DNA of 64,000 nucleotides from Octopus vulgaris (lineage: Eukaryota). Position numbers and translations under genes: made by a program. Positions 56,340-64,000 of this stretch are shown here, piece by piece. Position 1 is the first letter of the stretch. Each line of letters begins with the position of its first letter. The notes below the pieces were generated by a model. It did not search any database. It was not told the origin of the DNA and was given only the letters and a program-made list of their open reading frames with translations. The stretch spans positions 1,426,001 through 1,490,000 of the forward strand of contig OX597841.1 in NCBI GenBank assembly GCA_951406725.2. Direction: 5' to 3'.

Positions 56340-57514
56340 GTAAATGGAATTCTGTCAAGAAATGCTGGAATTGAGATAAAACTTTAAGAAAAATTTCCAC
56401 TTCTAATCTTCCGCTATAATTTTATTAACATCTTGATTAGCAGTTTTGGAAAATACCTGAAAAGAACATGGATGATAAATGTAGTCTAATACAGTAATAT
56501 TTAATTCCTTTAGTAAGAAATTTCTGGGAATGAAATAGAAAATTTTTTTCTGTAACTAATCATATTTTATGTGTCTTGAAGAGAAATTCTGGATAAAAGA
56601 TTGATAAACAAATAAAAAGCACTAAAATTTAAAATATAAAAAACATCAATAATGATAACTTTAAAAATTCTGTTTATTTATATATATATATATAAAACGT
56701 TGGTAAGAAATTCTAGAAAAAAAAAAATCTGAAAATCCTTTTTTCCACTTTTTCGTCTACAATAAAATTAATATTAATAAATGTTTGACAGGTAATTCTT
56801 CAACCAAAATTGCAAAAGAAAAAAGAAAAAGAAATCAATAATTATTCATTTTTAATTATTCGTTATGGATTAGATAGTAAGTATTGGGTTTGAAATCTTT
56901 TGGGATGGAAAAAAAATGATAGGCTGCCCCTTGGATGTAAGTGGAAGTGAATTAACTATAAATTTTAATACAAGCATGAAAATAAATTTAAATTCTGGAA
57001 GGAAGGTAAACAAACTAAAAGAACGATATTTAAAGAATGTAAATCTATCCAAGCATCAAGTATTTAGTATCAGGATCATCCCCGTTAAAACCCCGCTGCA
57101 TTTACTGATGCAATCTTTGAGGTTTTAGGCAAATGAAGATGTTCGTTCATTTTAGAGATCCAGTTTGTAAAATTACAAAAACGATGGAGCAAACTTCTGA
57201 AAAAAAAAAAGCAAAAAAAAACATAAACAGAAACGGAAAACGAAGCAATTCCATCACCTACTCCAAATTACGACTCCACCACAAATTCCATCCGTCCTGT
57301 CCTGTAACTTCACATGACTGACGGAGAAATTGTAAACTAATTAATTAATTAATTTTTTTTTTTTGCTGATGACTGACTCAAATTTTTGCAGTTGTTTTTT
57401 TCTTAATTTCTAAAAAAAATTTGCTTTTTGCAAACAAGGCATTCCATTCCATTCTGTGTATCTATTCTTACAACATGGCTACTAAACATCAGTTACTACT
57501 ACTACTACTACTAC

Positions 57515-57553
<39 letters not shown>

Positions 57554-58938
57554 TAACAATAATAATAATAATAATATGAACTTCCAACCTGTTGTCTCTT
57601 GAGGTCTCTGGGTGAGACTTGGAGCCAACTTGTACAGACATAAAGCAAAAGTCAAACATAGAATAATAATAATAATAATAATAATAATAGTAATAATAAT
57701 AATAAGACAAAATGTGCAATCCAGAATATGGCCCACACAGAAACTGCTCTGTTAGAAAGAGCAGCGGAATTTTAAAAAAGAAGATAAGGATATGATTTAT
57801 GTAGTTTAAGAGATACCATTCCTGCAAAACAATAGACAAAAGTGAAAAACAAAAAGTGAAAAACAAAAAAAAAAAATAGGATGGTTAAGGCTGGCATGAC
57901 TTGACCATTATTCAACTCTCCTGTCAGAGCTGTCCTGAGGCTAAACAATGACCACACACACATACATACACACATATATATATATGTATACACATATATA
58001 TATATATGTGTGTGTGTGTCTGTGTTAGTCATGGCCTGGACCAGTTCTTGTCTAAACTTAATTATGTTTTTAAGTACATACATATATGTCTTGTCTATAT
58101 GTATGCATATGTATATATATATATATGCATACATACATATGTATATGTATATATAGGTAATCTCATTTTTATTTTTACATTTGTATATTAATGTATCTCT
58201 GTTATGTCATTAACAACTGGCAATACACAATGCTCATGCAAAGACGATGATGATGATCATGAGGAGGAGGATGATAATGTACTGCTTCTACCCCAACACT
58301 AAGAATAACACTAAGGATTTCTAAATTTTGGCACATGTTAAGGACCAACGAAAAGGATTAAAAACAAAAATCAGTCTCAACGGCATTTGAACTCAGGACG
58401 TAAAGTTTGAAGTAATGCCAATAAATATTTTCCCCAGCTTACTAATCTACCAGCCAGCTCAACAATTTGATAATAATAACAATAATAATAACAATAATAG
58501 TAATAATAATGATAACAGCAAAAGGGATTTCTTTACTGCCAGCAAGGTCAGAAAATATAGGACACCACACACAAAAAAAAAAAACATATGAAACAAAAAC
58601 GAGAGATATCTATTGCATACAATGATGTATTCTCTAAATGATTCTAATTTACTATGCCAATTGGTGTGCAATCTTGTAGGTTTACTTATTTTTGCTGATG
58701 AGGTCAGAACAATAATGGAAAAGGTCCAGAGTTGTCTGACTTGCTGTCCCCACCAAAATTTTAATCATATTGCTCACTGGTTAATGTATCTTTTCTTCTG
58801 GCCATGGTATGATAATTCCTCACATGATTTTATAAGGGCCCCATGTATTACATATATTTAGTCTAATTCATTTCATATATATATATACATATGTATGTTT
58901 GTAAATCAATATACACATGCACACACATACATACATAT

Positions 58939-59011
<73 letters not shown>

Positions 59012-59030
59012 TATATACATATATATATAC

Positions 59031-59083
<53 letters not shown>

Positions 59084-59561
59084 TATACATACATACATAT
59101 AAAGTAAACACATATCGTATTTAAAATTGATGACAGCTATTTCAGTACAATTATATTTATTTAATGCAACCAATATGTAACCTTTTATGACTGTGTAAAA
59201 TAAATAAAATACATAATAAAATCCTACTGAAACAGCTGTCGAAGATTTTAAATGTCATCTATGTTTACTTATTATACCCAGGCCACACCCACAACCCATC
59301 CCTGAATCAGATCTATAGCTGAGACTGGATTTGGTGCTTGCATATCTAGGGTCTCTTAACAACACTTGATGTCTTCAGTGTTGTTTATTTCACTAGGAGT
59401 TCTATATTATCAGACCTTATGTCACATAAATGCAGATATAATGATTAAATTTGCAACTAAATTATTCAGTATTAATTGAAACAGCTGTAAAGAAGTAAAG
59501 ATGACCAATTTGTTAATTATAAATAATTAACTTCCTACTCCCCCATTTTCTTTTCTTCATT

Positions 59562-59619
<58 letters not shown>

Positions 59620-59783
59620 AATATGTGTCTGTGTGTGTATATATGTATGTTTATATACATATATGTCTATATGTGTATATATATATGTATGTGTATATAT
59701 ACATATATGTCTATATATATATGTATCCATATGTCTTTATGTATATATATATATATATTTATATATACATATATGTATGTGTA

Positions 59784-59833
<50 letters not shown>

Positions 59834-61257
59834 TACATGCATAGACATACAATTTGTAGTCACAACCTGACAGTCTGACAATATTTTAAGCTCTATCATC
59901 CCATCCTCCACTATCACCACCACAACCATCCCATCTACACTAATGCAACCACCACTACCAGCAACACAAGGCCATCACCACTACCAGCACCACCACAACT
60001 ATCACTACAACACCAGAACCCCACTCTAGCAGCACTACCACCACAACTATCACTACAACATCAGTACCACACTAGCAGCACTACCACCACAACTACCACT
60101 GCCACCACCACTAAAACAATCACTACTGCCACATCCGTCACAGCCACGAACAACACTGCCACCACCACCACATACAGCCAACACCACCACCATGACCACC
60201 ACAACTATCACCACCACTACCACTAAAACAATTACTACTGCCACATCCACCCCAACCCCGACCATCACTGCCACCACCACCACTACCACCATCACCACTA
60301 CCACCATCCCATCACCACTACCACTACCACCATCACCACTAACACTACTACCATCACCACTAACACTACCACCATCACCACTACCACAACCACAGCTGCC
60401 AACACCACCATTACCACTGCAGTAATCCAAACCAATTGAACTTAATCATAAAACAAATGATTGGAAAGTAAAAAAAAAAACAACAACAAAATAAACAAAC
60501 AAAAAATAACCCTTCTTTTGGTCTCACTCCAAATATATTGCGGTTACTCCACCGATTATTCCAGTAATCCTCCTCCTCCTTGAACAGTAACGTATCTTGG
60601 CAACAATATGTACTCAAGCTCTACGAATTCCCCTGATAATATGCCAACGTCGAGGCTTCACATATATAAAGCACAGCGTGCTAGAAGTGGTAACCATACC
60701 TTCCTCGAATCACACCCAAGTATTTTATGGATGTGCAGTTAGTTTTGTTGTTGCTGTTGTTGTTGTTGTTTTCGGTTTTTTTGTTAGTATGAGTCGAAAA
60801 CAAGGGAGCCTGGAGATGGGAGCACAAGGATTAGCAGCTTCAAAAACATCCTCAAATCCCTTCCATGACCTACAGCCTAATATGTACATACATACATTCA
60901 TACAAACACACACACACACACTCATGCTTATTATACATATAATATACATACATACATATATATATACATACATATATATATATATATATACATATATATA
61001 TGTATATATGTATGTATATATATATGTATGTATGTGTATATATGTATGTATGTATATATATATGTATGTATGTATATATGTATGTATGTATATATATATG
61101 TATGTATGTATATATATATGTATGTATGTATATATATGTATATAAAGGTATATAATATATTAGCATATGTACATAATTGTCTGTTTATATATGCATTAGT
61201 ACACACACACACACACACACATATGTATATATATGTATGTATATATACATGTGTAGA

Positions 61258-61308
<51 letters not shown>

Positions 61309-61330
61309 CATATATATATATGTATATATG

Positions 61331-61391
<61 letters not shown>

Positions 61392-61559
61392 TTATGTGTA
61401 TATATACATGTGTGCACATGTATATATATATGTATCTATATATGTATGTATATATGTGTGTATGTATGTATATGTATGTATGTATATATATATGTGTGTG
61501 TGTGTAAGTATATATATATATATGTATGTGTACATCTATACATACATATATATACATAC

Positions 61560-61619
<60 letters not shown>

Positions 61620-61823
61620 ATGTATATATTAATTTATATAATTTATATAAATTTATTATTTATCAGTCTATTCCACATTTCTCTCTCTCCCCCCTTCCTT
61701 CCCTCCATATATCTTTTTATCTCTCTATAGCGTCATCATCATCACCATCATCACCATTACCATCATCATCACCACCACCACTGCCATCCACTTCTGCCTC
61801 ATTATCAAATTAGCAAGGATGTG

Positions 61824-61902
<79 letters not shown>

Positions 61903-63309
61903 TGAGTGTGTGTGTGAGTGTGTGTGTGTGTGAGTGTGTGTGTGTGTTTGTTTACACAGTGGTGGGGGGTATCCATGCTAACATGTGGCAGGTGGTGGTG
62001 GTCGTCGTGGTCGTGGTCGTGGTTGGGGGGGGTTAATTCCACACCATTAGATAATTGACAATAATTCGTTGCGCTCCATTCACCCCCCCCCCCCCACCCA
62101 CCCACGACCACCACCACAACCAACCACCGGCACACGTGTGTGTGTGTGTGTGCGCGTGCATGTGTGTGTTTTCTGCCCCCACCCACCCACCCCTCCCGCC
62201 GCCCCACTCCGGCTGACCCCTACCAATGCTCCCCCCCACTTCTTCGACCTTCTTCACCACATCACACCTTTCAGCATCATCATCATCATCATCATCATCA
62301 TTTTGGGGGGAACAATATGATCACATTAGCTTGTGATTAAGTGGCTTATTAGGTACAATACAAATAACCACTACTACTACTACTACTACCAACATTACTA
62401 CTACTACTACTAATACCACCACCACTACTACTATTACTACTACTACTACTACAACTTTTATTACTATGACTTGGACAAGAATACCAACACCATCCCCCAT
62501 CACACACCAGTACCACCCCCATCACTACTACTGCTACTACTACTACTACTAATACTAATACCACCACTACTACTACTATTACTACTACTACTACTACTAC
62601 AACTTTTATTACTATGACTTGGACAAGAATACCAACACTATCCCCCCATCACACACCAGTACCACCCCCACCACTACTACTACTACTGCTACTGCTGCTA
62701 CTACTACTATATAGGAAGTGAATGTGATGATAAGTGGTCATGAATAAAATATATGTTCATGAATCCTGTTCAAACCAGCAGCTGACCACCCCTCAAGAAA
62801 GAACAAGGTCAGCATTAACAGTGTGAATGTTGTCCATATGGTTGATTGATCTGCTAGAAATAGCAGCCAAATCTTCTCTAAATGATGTTAGGTAAAAAAA
62901 AAAAATAAGAAGATGCTATGGTCATGGCTAGGTGGCTGGATTGTCTTGGATCATGATGGGACTGCTTACTCAGTTTAGGGCCAGCCTAGGGTTACACAAC
63001 AAAGACAGTGACACGAAAAAATTCTATAATGAAAATGACTGTGGTGATGATGATGATGATGATGATGATGTTGATAATGATGGTGATGGTGATGGTGGCG
63101 ATGATTATGATGATGATGATAAATAAAATATACCTCTCTCTCTCTCTCCCTCTCTCTCTCTGTCTCCCTCTCTCTCTCTCCCTCTTTCTCTTCCTTCCTC
63201 TTTGTTTAGCAAACTTGGAAACGTCCACCACAATAACAAAAATGAAATGCCATTGTGTATGTGTGTGTGTGTGTGTGTGTTTGAATACATTCCATTTGTT
63301 TTTTATATG

Positions 63310-63381
<72 letters not shown>

Positions 63382-63913
63382 CACACACACACACACATAC
63401 ATATATATATATAGATAGATGGGTACATATATATATATATATAGATAGATACATACATACATATATATATCTATATATACACACACACATGTATACATAT
63501 ACACAAATATGCAAATACATTCCCTGCAATATATGCAAAACACGAGGGCTAAGAATAAAATATAGGGGGAGGTGTTAATCCCTGCTAGATTAGACTGCAT
63601 CTGTGATGCTCCTTGATTGACACCAGATGCAAATTAGGGATTTATTTTCATGCACACACACACACACACACACAAACCATCACTTCTCATTCATGCAGTT
63701 ACTATATAAAACAACTCCACCCATGCACTTTGTGATCTGCCTCTATTATATACCCGTCATCCTCTACCCTTGAGGGATGTAATGATTTTGCTGTTATTAT
63801 TATCATTATTATTATTATCATCATCATCATCATCATCATTATTATTATTATTATTATTATTTTCATTATCATCATTATTATCATTATTGTTATCATTATC
63901 ATTATTATTATTA

Positions 63914-63969
<56 letters not shown>

Positions 63970-64000
63970 TTCATTATCATCATTATTATTATTATCATCA

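Noticed and set aside
62370-62710. Duplicated block within (TAC)n; also the ~125-bp compound repeat at 13510-13930
   Set aside because: Ordinary slippage duplications within microsatellite fields.

Overview
AT-rich, microsatellite-saturated metazoan genomic DNA. The repeat complement (tRNA-derived SINEs, RTE-LINE tails ending in (GAT)n, very long (TA)n/(CA)n/(ATT)n tracts) resembles an octopus or other coleoid cephalopod genome; this is recognition, not a database result. Almost all listed ORFs are microsatellite or tandem-repeat artefacts. The only convincing host coding sequence is three phase-compatible plus-strand exons (8017-8146, 11220-11333, 18015-18184). They encode a UBA-like domain and a basic/disordered tail typical of an AMPK-related (MARK/MELK/HUNK-type) kinase, whose catalytic exons would lie upstream of the window. 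The rest is intronic or intergenic and contains at least three SINE families, RTE LINE 3' ends, mariner, piggyBac, hAT and Helitron derivatives, and several tandem arrays, many grown from TE pieces (30/36, 59, 63, 66, 98 and 164 bp units). The most notable feature is a non-coding, (TA)n-inserted ~496-nt element with a terminal redundancy and an apparently intact type I hammerhead ribozyme (retrozyme/Penelope-pLTR-like). It is accompanied by a second truncated copy, several degenerate hammerhead remnants and (TA)n-embedded fold-back hairpins.
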